Part shown: in pieces, positions 38,339-48,021 of the stretch
Layout: the number at the start of each line of letters is the position of its first letter
Position numbering within the stretch: position 1 is the stretch's first letter
IMG/VR virus record: IMGVR_UViG_3300023235_000012
Location: 64,001 to 128,000 of that record
Direction: 5' to 3' (one strand)
From: a virus
DNA length: 64,000 nucleotides
The notes under the pieces: generated by a model
Database searches by the model: none
Told to the model about the DNA's origin: nothing
What the model saw: the letters and a program-made list of their open reading frames with translations, nothing else
Position numbers and translations under genes: made by a program

Positions 38339-39639
38339 TATTCGTAATCATTCCTATCTGTCTGGAAGGTGTACTGTAGGTCTTTAGCTTTTGGAAAATT
38401 TTCAATCAGTTGTGGTTTGGTAAGATTCGTTATTTCTCGACGAGACAACGCGTCACATTCAAATTTGGCGTCTTCTGTTCTAAGCTGCAGTGGAGGCGTC
38501 TTTTGTGTCCATGCCGATGGTCCTCTTAGAAAACCAACGACTCCCATTTCTGCCGCTACTTTACAGAAGCGAATGGCACTGATGACGACCCCGCCACTGT
38601 TTGGTGAATCCTGGACCGAAAGCCTTGCAGACAGTTCGTATCTAGCCCCGCCAAATCCATAAGCTATGATATCGAAGTTAGCTATCTTGTTGTCGCTTCC
38701 AACATACTCACCACCTGGCTTCTGAACAACAGTCAACGATGGACCTGCGTAAAAAGTGTGACCGGCGATACTTTGATCTCGGACGACGTTCTGTCCGTTA
38801 AGAACATTCTCTTTGCTTATGTGTTTACCTTTAAGACGACTTGGTTCGGCCATATTTAGGAAGTCGGTGTTCGCTGTTCGACCGCTTCTGATCGTTTCTT
38901 GCCCCTGCGTAGAACCTGCCGCCATGTTCATTTGGATATGTTGAGTAACCATTAAGCCTGAATCAAGCATGGCGCCTTGAAGCACTTCGCTCATACGAGA
39001 TGCTCCCCAGGCGGACCTCATATCCGACCCAACGATCGTCAATTTTTTATCAATAAATCGTTGTTCTACTTCCTGAGTGTCTTTAGTGCTGATCAAGGTC
39101 GGGATGCAATTTACAAAGTGAACATTTGCTTCCAAGGCAATGTCGATATAAAATCGACTTGCTTTCTCAGATCCGACCGGTAGGTAATTAATCAAGACGT
39201 CTACTCTAGTTTTCTTAATGATATCAACGATGTCTTCGAAAGATTCTGCTCGTTTAGCTCCAGTTCGGAAACTAACTTCTTCCGGAAAATCTAGCATATA
39301 TGGAGCAACCCCGTCGAGCTCTGGTCCAGAATAAACCATTGCTCCAGCTTCTACACATCCTGGACTATTATGATTGATTTCTAGAATTTCTTCGACGTGA
39401 TTCATCGCACAATTTGGCCGTGACCGCAATGCTTCTACAAGTGGCCGATTAACTTTGCGTCGATCAACATCAAAACCAACGACGAACTCAATTTCATCTA
39501 CAGTGTATCCACCAATGTCATGATACATCAATCCGACTTTATCTTCTGGATTTGTTCGATAATATTGAACACCTTCAACAAGGGATTTTGCACAATTACC
39601 AACACCGATAATTCCTACGCGGATTTTCTCTTTTTTCAT
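38338..39639 (-). CDS. ino1: myo-Inositol-1-phosphate synthase
   Basis: GVGNCAKSLVEGV, INYLPVGS, NCIP, NTDFLNM, VQDSPNSGGV..AIR; start MKKEK with GAAGGAG SD. Confidence 0.9.
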   Translation of the reverse strand: MKKEKIRVGIIGVGNCAKSLVEGVQYYRTNPEDKVGLMYHDIGGYTVDEIEFVVGFDVDRRKVNRPLVEALRSRPNCAMNHVEEILEINHNSPGCVEAGAMVYSGPELDGVAPYMLDFPEEVSFRTGAKRAESFEDIVDIIKKTRVDVLINYLPVGSEKASRFYIDIALEANVHFVNCIPTLISTKDTQEVEQRFIDKKLTIVGSDMRSAWGASRMSEVLQGAMLDSGLMVTQHIQMNMAAGSTQGQETIRSGRTANTDFLNMAEPSRLKGKHISKENVLNGQNVVRDQSIAGHTFYAGPSLTVVQKPGGEYVGSDNKIANFDIIAYGFGGARYELSARLSVQDSPNSGGVVISAIRFCKVAAEMGVVGFLRGPSAWTQKTPPLQLRTEDAKFECDALSRREITNLTKPQLIENFPKAKDLQYTFQTDRNDYE

Positions 39640-39804
39640 TCTAAACTCCTTCAGTTTTGTTATTAACACTTGACTTTCTTTCGAAAACTTGAATTATTAG
39701 AAACAAGTCCATCAAATGGTTGGTGGTAAGGTTATCACCCTTTGTCCGGTAGTAATGAACCATATGGTCTGTTGTTTACCGTACCATTTATTTATGTGCT
39801 ATTG

Positions 39805-41427
39805 TCAAAAATCAAATAAATTATGTCTTGCTTTTGGTTTCTCTTTTGGTTTCTTAATTTTGATTTTTTCCGGTGGCATAAATTCTTTCAATCCTTCCAA
39901 AGATGGATTATCATAATTAACTGTATCAGTTACAAACCTCGGGGTGTTAAATTCTTTTAGCTGCTTCTTATATAATTCTATCTTATCCATTGGATTTTCA
40001 CTTTCGAAGATCTCTGGAATAATTTGGTTAAGCATCTGAAATAATTCCAACGGACATTCTCCACCCTCTTCATGCCATTCTAATCCGTGCTTGTACGTTC
40101 CGTCGCAGATTTTATTGGCTTCTTGAATTCCTCGGATCATTATTTCAGTGTTATGATTCATAAGAAACATATAGGTAATGGTATCCCAGGATGAGTTAGA
40201 ATCAATATCAAATCCCTTAACACAAAAATCACCTAAAGTTAGCTTTGTGCTAATCCCTGATAAATCTTTATCTTTTACTCCATGTTCTTCTTTGAGCCAA
40301 TCTCCTAAAAGAGTAGATGAACCAACGAACTTTTTATCATCGGGACCAGCAACTGCACTAGTGCTAAATCGTTTGGCTGTCATCTTAGTCTGTGCATAAA
40401 TCAACGCCTTAGAGGCAGAAAGGAACGGCGAGCTTGAGTCAAAACTTATCGTTACACTTGGGTCAATCTGCTGTCTAAGGATTCGTTGAATTTTTGTTAG
40501 AATCGGAGCATTGGAAACTCTTGATAAACCAAGTAAATGAATCCAAGCCTGATCTTTATTGATCTTCTGCTCGTCCCTCATCTTAATTAGCAACTGAAGT
40601 GAGGAACTATAATCCAAAGTGATGTTACCTGCTAGAGCCCAGCCTTCTAAAGGAAGATCCTTAACTCGATCATACCAATAATCTGCTTGCTCTGGATTCG
40701 CACCTTGAACAACATTCAGAAATTTTGTTGCTCCTGGTGTTCTATGCTTTAGAAAATAGTCGATATTTTCTAACGTAAACTCTAGACACGCATTGAATTT
40801 GTCAACTGTTGGATGCGTTTTCAAGACCATATTGTAGAAGGAATCAAAATCTGGATTTAAAACTATTCCATTTGCTGGAAAATCCAAAACCATGCTATAA
40901 TCAGCTGTGAGTTCAAGCCATTTCAAGACCGTAGCACGAACTTTATCAATGCCATTCAGATCAGTCCAATCTGTTTTCCATGTCCCAGTTGCCCACTGAA
41001 ATCCACCCGAGTCACCAATCAAGGTTACATCTGGATCTCGTTCATGAACAAAAAATTCTCGGTCTAATGTTTTTATTGGATCCAACGTGGCATGACCAGA
41101 AGAATAGAGGCCTGCGCCATAATAGAAACCGCCGCAATCTTTTTGATAATAATTCAGTTCATCGCCTTGTTCTCGAAAACCAGATGGAATCCTCTGTCCT
41201 GGTTGATAACCATTTGTTTTCAAACCAAATTCACTAATTCTGTTTCGTGAATTATAAGATACATAATTGGAACTTGTTGCTGGCAGATACACTGCATATT
41301 GACCCTGTGGATCATCGAATGGTAATTCTTGGTCTCGATGAGTAACCCAGTAATCACGAGTATCTTCAATTAAAGATTCGTTAAGGGGTCGTCGCTGTCT
41401 GTAATTCGATTTTGTGTCTGTAGGCAT
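39805..41427 (-). CDS. TGT-fold base-exchange transglycosylase (DpdA/TGT-like)
   Basis: GDSGGFQ, MVLDFP, LNVVQG, GWALAG, IHLLG, SFDSSSPF. Confidence 0.75.
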   Translation of the reverse strand: MPTDTKSNYRQRRPLNESLIEDTRDYWVTHRDQELPFDDPQGQYAVYLPATSSNYVSYNSRNRISEFGLKTNGYQPGQRIPSGFREQGDELNYYQKDCGGFYYGAGLYSSGHATLDPIKTLDREFFVHERDPDVTLIGDSGGFQWATGTWKTDWTDLNGIDKVRATVLKWLELTADYSMVLDFPANGIVLNPDFDSFYNMVLKTHPTVDKFNACLEFTLENIDYFLKHRTPGATKFLNVVQGANPEQADYWYDRVKDLPLEGWALAGNITLDYSSSLQLLIKMRDEQKINKDQAWIHLLGLSRVSNAPILTKIQRILRQQIDPSVTISFDSSSPFLSASKALIYAQTKMTAKRFSTSAVAGPDDKKFVGSSTLLGDWLKEEHGVKDKDLSGISTKLTLGDFCVKGFDIDSNSSWDTITYMFLMNHNTEIMIRGIQEANKICDGTYKHGLEWHEEGGECPLELFQMLNQIIPEIFESENPMDKIELYKKQLKEFNTPRFVTDTVNYDNPSLEGLKEFMPPEKIKIKKPKEKPKARHNLFDF

Positions 41428-41512
41428 AGTACTCCATGAATTTCTTCAGTAAACTATTGAAATTCCAGTAAAAAAGTCTGATAAAGACAACGAAAAGGCA
41501 CTAGGGCCAGTC

Positions 41513-42247
41513 TTAGGTATGACCAGGGAACAAGAATTCATAATTAGCGATGCCAGTGTCGATGTCGATCTTCAAAATGCCATCGTTAGACAAAGCTATA
41601 TTAGTTTTTCCCGAGTCAGCTAGCTTTAAGACAGTCAATACTTGATCAATTGGCCAAGCAAAACCACCGTCATAACCTTTACCCACGTCCTTTGAGAAAA
41701 GAACAGAAGCTGAATGGCTTGCACTGTTTTCTTCACCGATTGCAAAAATCAAATGATTATCAATAACTTTTGGCGTAAACTTCGTTTCTTGTGCTGAATA
41801 CAAACCGGCCATTTCACTAAACTCGTTGATCTTCTGACGGGGTGGCTCATCTATCTCAATAACATAGGTCGTCCCAGCGAATTTTGGTTGAGCTGGAATA
41901 GCTGTCTCTGACATCAATCGATAAGTCGCGTGCATTCCCGCGTCGTTGTCAAACACAATAGAGATTGGAACTTCTTTATTGTCTCTTTTTTCGCGCTTCA
42001 TTGTTACAGTTCCATCATCGCCTTTGAATGATTTCGATCCAGCGAGACCAGACAACAGACCAAGATTTGAAAGACCAAAAATTCCTTTAAAATCTTCAAC
42101 CGGATCACTGGTTGTGGCGTTCATGATAACTGTTCGGTCATCACTGGTCGACTGGTATTTCGTTTCTTTATCTGTGCCTTCGACACGCACCACACTAAAC
42201 TCGATTCCTGAAGTGCTGCGCACAATGTCTTGTAAATTCTTTTTCAT
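41513..42247 (-). CDS. DNA polymerase sliding clamp (gp45-like)
   Basis: Size, FGLSNL, YRLMS, ID.G...YEFLFP; near the polymerase. Confidence 0.7.
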   Translation of the reverse strand: MKKNLQDIVRSTSGIEFSVVRVEGTDKETKYQSTSDDRTVIMNATTSDPVEDFKGIFGLSNLGLLSGLAGSKSFKGDDGTVTMKREKRDNKEVPISIVFDNDAGMHATYRLMSETAIPAQPKFAGTTYVIEIDEPPRQKINEFSEMAGLYSAQETKFTPKVIDNHLIFAIGEENSASHSASVLFSKDVGKGYDGGFAWPIDQVLTVLKLADSGKTNIALSNDGILKIDIDTGIANYEFLFPGHT

Positions 42248-42304
42248 AGATACTCCTTTTCGTGATTTTTATAATATTAAACGATTATTGGGATTCTGTC
42301 AATA

Positions 42305-42619
42305 TTAGTTTGACTGTTCGAATGTCTTCATATATTTTGAAAGCTGGAGATTTTTATTTTTCATTCCTTGTTCGATGTGATCTTCTGAAATCAATCCTGC
42401 GTTTTTTGCGTGCCTGATCATTTCTAATAGATCACCTATTTCCAAAGAAAGTCGTTGGACGTTGTTCAGATCTTGCTCGGGTTGGCTTTCTTCCGGACCA
42501 AAACGCAAGGTCTTCGTTGCTATCTGTTGAACTTCCGCAGCTTCCTCTAGTAGTATGATGAGTATCTCAGTTTGATTTTCATTAGTCGGGTCGTGAACAA
42601 ATTTAAATTTATCTACCAT
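42305..42619 (-). CDS. MazG-like nucleotide pyrophosphohydrolase
   Basis: EEAAE...EIGDL. Confidence 0.75.
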   Translation of the reverse strand: MVDKFKFVHDPTNENQTEILIILLEEAAEVQQIATKTLRFGPEESQPEQDLNNVQRLSLEIGDLLEMIRHAKNAGLISEDHIEQGMKNKNLQLSKYMKTFEQSN

Positions 42620-42628
42620 CTTTCTCTC

Positions 42629-45439
42629 CTAAAACGAAAACATTGAATTGACTACTTCTGAATGGGCGGCTTCGCCTATATGAAGGTCCCAGTCTAAAAT
42701 CTCAAAAATATTATTCAGTTTCTGCTCAACCATTCCTGTTTCCATTGCATCATCGTCGAATGGAAGTTTTTTGAACCATGAAGGAAGATTTAGTTCATCT
42801 GCTGGAAAGGCGACGCTGGTCATATTCATTGGATTTTGTGGTTTCAATTTACAGACCACAATCCGTCCACCATCCGTAACTCTAAGAGATTGCCTGTCGC
42901 CATATGCAGCACATAATTTATTCCAATTAATACTAGCAGTGATATGGCCTGGAACTCGGACATTCTTCGATCCTTTCTTTTCTACTTCTTCTGTATATTC
43001 GGTGATTTTGTTGGCTGATTTAGGTGAACCTTTCTCCCAAGAATTAAGAGATTTGAAGATTACTCGGAAGTTTCGGATTTTTTCTTTAAGTCCATCTTCG
43101 TTTCCTCCATCTAACACATACATCGCACAATCTTGTAGAAATTCCTGAATCACTTTAGAACTATCGGCTCGTTTAATGTCCATTCCCATAACCTTTAGCT
43201 TACCAGACTTACCGTCTCGATCTCGTCTAATCCCCTTATCATCGTAAATCAGAATGGCATATCTTTTCTTTGCGACAAATAGCCCTCTAGTTCCAATTAG
43301 TTCTCTACCGGCCTGAATTATTCCACCACGTTCAACACCCGAATGAAATAAATCATGCATTTTTTCTGGAAAGGTTTCATTAGTCATAGCTGCAATCTGA
43401 TCATAGAGTTCAGTTACATCATCTTTTTCCCAAGTGAATTCGATGTTTTCTTTTTGGAAATAATTCCACACGCTGAAATACGCAGAGTCGGTATCACCAT
43501 AAATTATCGCGTCTCCAGTATAATCATATTCACCTGTGATTATCTCGTTGATTTTTGATGTCATATGTCGCGTGATACAACGGCCAGTCAATGTCACTGA
43601 TTGTCCCATTCTTCTGTCATGGAATTTTGATGATGCATTCAACAAACATCCATATAAACTATTAAGCTGAATTTTACGAACCTGTTGGCGCATATTCCAG
43701 AAGATGAAGTTCTCTTTTGCTTGTTTAATATCAACAGGAAACCATGTTCCTGCTCTGTTCTGACGAGTTTCTTCTGGAATTTCTTTCAGCATAGAATCAT
43801 ATAAGTGATTATCTTCTGAAATTCCACTCTCGGTCAATGTTTCCCATATTGAAGCAGTCTTCTGCATAATCTTTCGTTCAGTATACCATCTTTTCAAAAG
43901 ACTAGGAATGAGACCATCAATATCAGTTCTAAATAAAGTTCCGTTGGCGCTGATATTTAAATTCGAATCTTCTTGGAAAATAATTTCATATAATTCTGCG
44001 CCTGTCAGTTGTTGAATTGTGTCATCATTAAAATCAACGGTGATTTCATTGTCTGTTTTATCAATGACATAATTGTATTCTAGGGTTCCAAAATGACCGG
44101 CCCAAGCTGCTGCCCAATCTGGAACCCTAACACCTTTGACAGATTTTATCAAGTTTTCTTTTTCAATTCGTTCTTCAAGTGCAGTCATCGTATCATCTGG
44201 TCGAATCTGACCAACGATCGTTTCCGGGCTCATATTTAATAACCGGATACATGATGGATAAAGTGAATTGATGTCAACTGCACCTACCCAATCCTGGAGT
44301 CCTTGCTTTGGATCGGCGACCCATGCACCTGCGGCTTTAGCATCGAATTCTTCTTCTTTTTCTTTAGTGGGAACCACCATTCCACGATTATGAGCTTCAT
44401 TGATGATTGATTGATCAACCCACGCAACCGTTCCCATTGTAGATGACATCAAAACATAATTCGCCGTGGCGATCTGATTGGCTAAATCTAGATAGCGTAG
44501 CTTCTTGTCAAGTTTATCCAGGAGAACCGTGTCTTGTCTGTTGTACTCAATGAAAAGTTTAAAATCTTTTCTATATAGATTATATAATGTTCCTTCGTAT
44601 TGAACTTTTCGTTCACCTATTTCAACCTCACCCACATAATCCAATTTATACGTTGGCATCTGTTTTGGAGTATGCTTCTTGTACAGATCCAGATAATCAA
44701 TGTGAAGTCGACCTTTGATTGTAAAGCTAAGGTTTTCTCGTCCAAAGTTATCTTTACTGATTCCTCTGATCGGTTGAAAACCCCATAGACACCAACCAGA
44801 TGTCGCTTGTTTATTCAAAACTTTAATGGTTCTATTGACCATATATGGAACATCGTATGTTTCACTGTTCCAACCTGAGATGACATCCGCATCTTCGATC
44901 AGATCTTGAAACATCATCAAGAGTTCTTTCTCAGAACAAAGAACAGTGTTCGGGAAATCATCTACTATTTTTTGTGCTTCATCGTCTGTCAGTGTTTCGG
45001 GGCGGACGACCAGCGTAAATAATTCATCGAGCCAGTTGCAATAAACCGAGACGGCTGTCACCGGATTGAAAGGATCTTCAGGGGTGGAATAACCTTTGAT
45101 GGGATCGAAATCCACTTCGATATCAAAAAATGCTACGTGTAGGTTTGCTGGATTTGGAGTGGGGAAATTCTGTTTGAGCGTCTTGAATAAAACGTTATGA
45201 TCTGCTTCGAATGTTTTACGGCCTTGCATCGATCGAAGGTCTCGTTTAAAATCTCGATACCTTCGACTAGTTACTTCTCGGACTCTCGCACCGGTGGTGG
45301 CCTTATGAGAGCCATTTTCATCTTCATAGTAAAATTGATAGATAGGAGGGAGTTCTCTAACTATTCTTCTTCCATTAATTCTTTCAGTTACCAGGACGAC
45401 GTCGGTATTCCTGTCCCAGTGTGCATCGATATATGTCAT
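42629..45439 (-). CDS. Family B DNA polymerase (gp43-like)
   Basis: FDIEV, DINSLYPS, KIQLNSLYG, YGDTDS, KKRY. Confidence 0.96.
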   Translation of the reverse strand: MTYIDAHWDRNTDVVLVTERINGRRIVRELPPIYQFYYEDENGSHKATTGARVREVTSRRYRDFKRDLRSMQGRKTFEADHNVLFKTLKQNFPTPNPANLHVAFFDIEVDFDPIKGYSTPEDPFNPVTAVSVYCNWLDELFTLVVRPETLTDDEAQKIVDDFPNTVLCSEKELLMMFQDLIEDADVISGWNSETYDVPYMVNRTIKVLNKQATSGWCLWGFQPIRGISKDNFGRENLSFTIKGRLHIDYLDLYKKHTPKQMPTYKLDYVGEVEIGERKVQYEGTLYNLYRKDFKLFIEYNRQDTVLLDKLDKKLRYLDLANQIATANYVLMSSTMGTVAWVDQSIINEAHNRGMVVPTKEKEEEFDAKAAGAWVADPKQGLQDWVGAVDINSLYPSCIRLLNMSPETIVGQIRPDDTMTALEERIEKENLIKSVKGVRVPDWAAAWAGHFGTLEYNYVIDKTDNEITVDFNDDTIQQLTGAELYEIIFQEDSNLNISANGTLFRTDIDGLIPSLLKRWYTERKIMQKTASIWETLTESGISEDNHLYDSMLKEIPEETRQNRAGTWFPVDIKQAKENFIFWNMRQQVRKIQLNSLYGCLLNASSKFHDRRMGQSVTLTGRCITRHMTSKINEIITGEYDYTGDAIIYGDTDSAYFSVWNYFQKENIEFTWEKDDVTELYDQIAAMTNETFPEKMHDLFHSGVERGGIIQAGRELIGTRGLFVAKKRYAILIYDDKGIRRDRDGKSGKLKVMGMDIKRADSSKVIQEFLQDCAMYVLDGGNEDGLKEKIRNFRVIFKSLNSWEKGSPKSANKITEYTEEVEKKGSKNVRVPGHITASINWNKLCAAYGDRQSLRVTDGGRIVVCKLKPQNPMNMTSVAFPADELNLPSWFKKLPFDDDAMETGMVEQKLNNIFEILDWDLHIGEAAHSEVVNSMFSF

Positions 45440-45726
45440 CTTACTCCTATGATTCCAACTAGTCCAATTATGTTAATTAATGTAAAGCCGATATTTAAAA
45501 AAATTAATGGAGATGAGTTCCTCAAGTATCCGGCGAGTATCAGCAGAATGTTTGCTAATAAAAAAATAGAAAATACAAGCAAAAATGGTGCATCCTGATT
45601 CATCAAAGCTATCAAGCTAGCTGAGATCAAAGACAAAAGAGTCCCTGTGTTTTCAAGAAAGAAAAGTAGGCGATTGTTCTTCCAATCGCCAACATAGAAA
45701 TTTTTACAATCACGCAGAAGCTTCAC
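45436..45726 (-). CDS. Small multi-pass membrane protein
   Basis: Three hydrophobic segments. Confidence 0.6.
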   Translation of the reverse strand: MKLLRDCKNFYVGDWKNNRLLFFLENTGTLLSLISASLIALMNQDAPFLLVFSIFLLANILLILAGYLRNSSPLIFLNIGFTLINIIGLVGIIGVR

Positions 45727-46025
45727 TAAATACTTTTTCCAATTGCAGCCAATCCATCTTCCACTTCTGCAACCCTATCTTTGTCATCTTGAAGATTTCT
45801 TTTGTGAACTGCTCTCATCATCTTATTGACGATGCTTGATTTAATCTTCTGATCCGGATCGTCAATGGAGTCATTGAGTTTTTGAACAGCACTTTCTACC
45901 ACATCCTTCAAGGACTCTCGCTCAAGATGGATCGTTTCAAGGTATTTCACTCCATCTTCAATTGTCTGTTTCAAAAGTGCCTGTTCGACAGCAGTTAGAA
46001 CTCGGTGACTAAAAACATTGGTCAT
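45726..46025 (-). CDS. Helical protein, possibly T4 DsbA-like dsDNA-binding
   Basis: Helical pattern; own promoter TTGACA-17nt-TATACT at 46075-46103. Confidence 0.5.
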   Translation of the reverse strand: MTNVFSHRVLTAVEQALLKQTIEDGVKYLETIHLERESLKDVVESAVQKLNDSIDDPDQKIKSSIVNKMMRAVHKRNLQDDKDRVAEVEDGLAAIGKSI

Positions 46026-46171
46026 TTATTTTCCTTTCATTTGATTTAATTTAATTTAATTTAATTGAAGTTTTAGTATAACGAGATTTCGAGACAATGT
46101 CAAATTTGATGTAATCTAAATTCTGTTTGTCAATTTGAATAGAAACCCTATCCTATTTGTTTTTGATCTGC

Positions 46172-46612
46172 TCATTTAAAAAGATAAACAGTTACTGGTT
46201 GAGAACAAGTTTCTTCGATAATAGTTTCAATTTTCTTCCAATCTCCGCCTCCGAGCCCGGCACCAATCTGAGGCATAGCTATTTCGTAATTCAAAGCCTT
46301 TGCCATATCATCGACTTCTTTTAATGCAACTTTAATAGCTTCGTAATCAACAAAGCGTTTTCCAGTGCTACCAAAATCTTTCTGTGTGATCGCATTAACA
46401 ATGATTTTGTTTTCTTTGGTAAGATAGAATATGGTTTCACCAAGTTCCAGGCCTTTTTCTTCAAATTGTTTTCGATAAGCTTCATAAGCACCGGGCCATC
46501 TTTCTCTAATAGCTTTTGCTACTCCTGAGCCCATAACTCCTTTTGCATTACATCCATGAACGATGATTTTTTCTTTCGCATCGAGTACATTTCCGTCTTG
46601 ATAAGTTATCAT
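46172..46612 (-). CDS. Macrodomain ADP-ribose binding/hydrolase
   Basis: IVHGCNAKGVMGSGVA, AMPQIGAGLGGGDW. Confidence 0.9.
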   Translation of the reverse strand: MITYQDGNVLDAKEKIIVHGCNAKGVMGSGVAKAIRERWPGAYEAYRKQFEEKGLELGETIFYLTKENKIIVNAITQKDFGSTGKRFVDYEAIKVALKEVDDMAKALNYEIAMPQIGAGLGGGDWKKIETIIEETCSQPVTVYLFK

Positions 46613-46617
46613 TGGTA

Positions 46618-47991
46618 TTACCTTTCTACTTCAAATTTGATCTTCTTAAGACCGAGTACTTCTTGTTTGAAAATTTCTCTAATTTCAGTATGATTACCTA
46701 GGAGTCGTTTGTATCGTTTGATAGCAAGCTCCAACTCTTTGATTTTTTCCTGGACAATTTTGTAACGATCCTTCGCCCAATTAAACGTAGGAAGGCTTGC
46801 AATACGATTAAGTTGCGAATCGTCCAGCTTATAGACCTTAGTAAGGCTTTGAATCCTTTTAATAACCGCAGCTTTATCTTTAGCTTTAAGTATATCAGAT
46901 GGAAGTCCATTATCGAAACAAATCTTAAGAGCTTTCCAATAACGAAGCTCGTATTCATCTTCTTCCAATAATTTCTCAAAACGTCTAACATAAAAACCAA
47001 ACCTTTCCTCGACGAATTCTTTAATCAGCTGTTCAGCCGAATCAAATTGTCTGATAGATTTATTATCCCAGTCTACCGTTACTATACGTTCTGTTTTTCG
47101 ACTTGTCAATTTTAAAATCTTTATTATATCATCTACAGTCTTCTTCTGGAGATCACCTCTCCGAAATTTAACCTCTAGATCGATATGATCAGTGCTGTTG
47201 TCAGTAAAAGATTGGATAATCTTTTGGTCTTCAAGTTGTATGAGCTTGTCTTTGAATCTCTCTAGTGATAGGTCAGGTGGTAATTCTTTGACAGTAACCG
47301 TAGTGGAATTGTCTATCTTTACTTTACCTTTGAATTCCCAGACATTAGAATCAATCTTAGTCACATCACAATCTATATATTCATAATTAGGTGCTAAGAA
47401 ATTGAATCTTTTTCCTTCAATCGCAGCCGAGGTGGCTCTGATAAGATCATCCAATGCTCTAGGAAGAATTTCTGTTGACCAGCCAACCGCAATTCCGGAT
47501 ACCCCATTAAGTAAGACAGTAGGAATGATAGGAAGAAAATGAAGAGGCTCTTCCGTACTTCCATCATAATTTTCTTGCATTGGTATGATATCTCTATCCG
47601 CATATAAAATCTCCTCTGCCGCTTTTGAGCGCTTAACATAAGTATATCTTGGGGCAGCAAAAGCTTTTGGATTTACTTTCGTACCAAAGGTTCCAATTCC
47701 GTGTAACCAAGGAAGGTTGTTCGAATAAGGTGCCGCCAGAAGACTTATTGTATCAGACATTGATCCATCTCCGTGAACATAAAGTCCCTTAGAGATTGTT
47801 TCACCTGACAACGAAACCGTCTTGATTTCGTTTGATTTCGTCTGCATTAGGAACAAAGCTTTTCGCTGAGCCGACTTCAATCCATCCATTGCTTTTGGTA
47901 TGGCCCTTTGCTCGCCAACGTAGAGGCTGTATTCTTTGCTGGAGTCGTTAATGTGATCAGTTGAATTTATTGGTATTAAAATTTCACTCAT
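46618..47991 (-). CDS. Topoisomerase II GyrA/gp52-like subunit
   Basis: RAIP..DGLK..QRK, YVHGD, AAPRYT, NG..GIAVGW. Confidence 0.93.
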   Translation of the reverse strand: MSEILIPINSTDHINDSSKEYSLYVGEQRAIPKAMDGLKSAQRKALFLMQTKSNEIKTVSLSGETISKGLYVHGDGSMSDTISLLAAPYSNNLPWLHGIGTFGTKVNPKAFAAPRYTYVKRSKAAEEILYADRDIIPMQENYDGSTEEPLHFLPIIPTVLLNGVSGIAVGWSTEILPRALDDLIRATSAAIEGKRFNFLAPNYEYIDCDVTKIDSNVWEFKGKVKIDNSTTVTVKELPPDLSLERFKDKLIQLEDQKIIQSFTDNSTDHIDLEVKFRRGDLQKKTVDDIIKILKLTSRKTERIVTVDWDNKSIRQFDSAEQLIKEFVEERFGFYVRRFEKLLEEDEYELRYWKALKICFDNGLPSDILKAKDKAAVIKRIQSLTKVYKLDDSQLNRIASLPTFNWAKDRYKIVQEKIKELELAIKRYKRLLGNHTEIREIFKQEVLGLKKIKFEVER

Positions 47992-48021
47992 GAAAATTCC
48001 TAAGATTGATTGTTGCTTTTG

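Noticed and set aside
42629-45439. Intein or intron in DNA polymerase or terminase
   Set aside because: Both frames are continuous with no splice-junction motifs.
46044-46065. (TTTAA)x4 run, and (TTTCTTTG)x3 near 60875
   Set aside because: Short low-complexity AT-rich runs with no visible coding effect.
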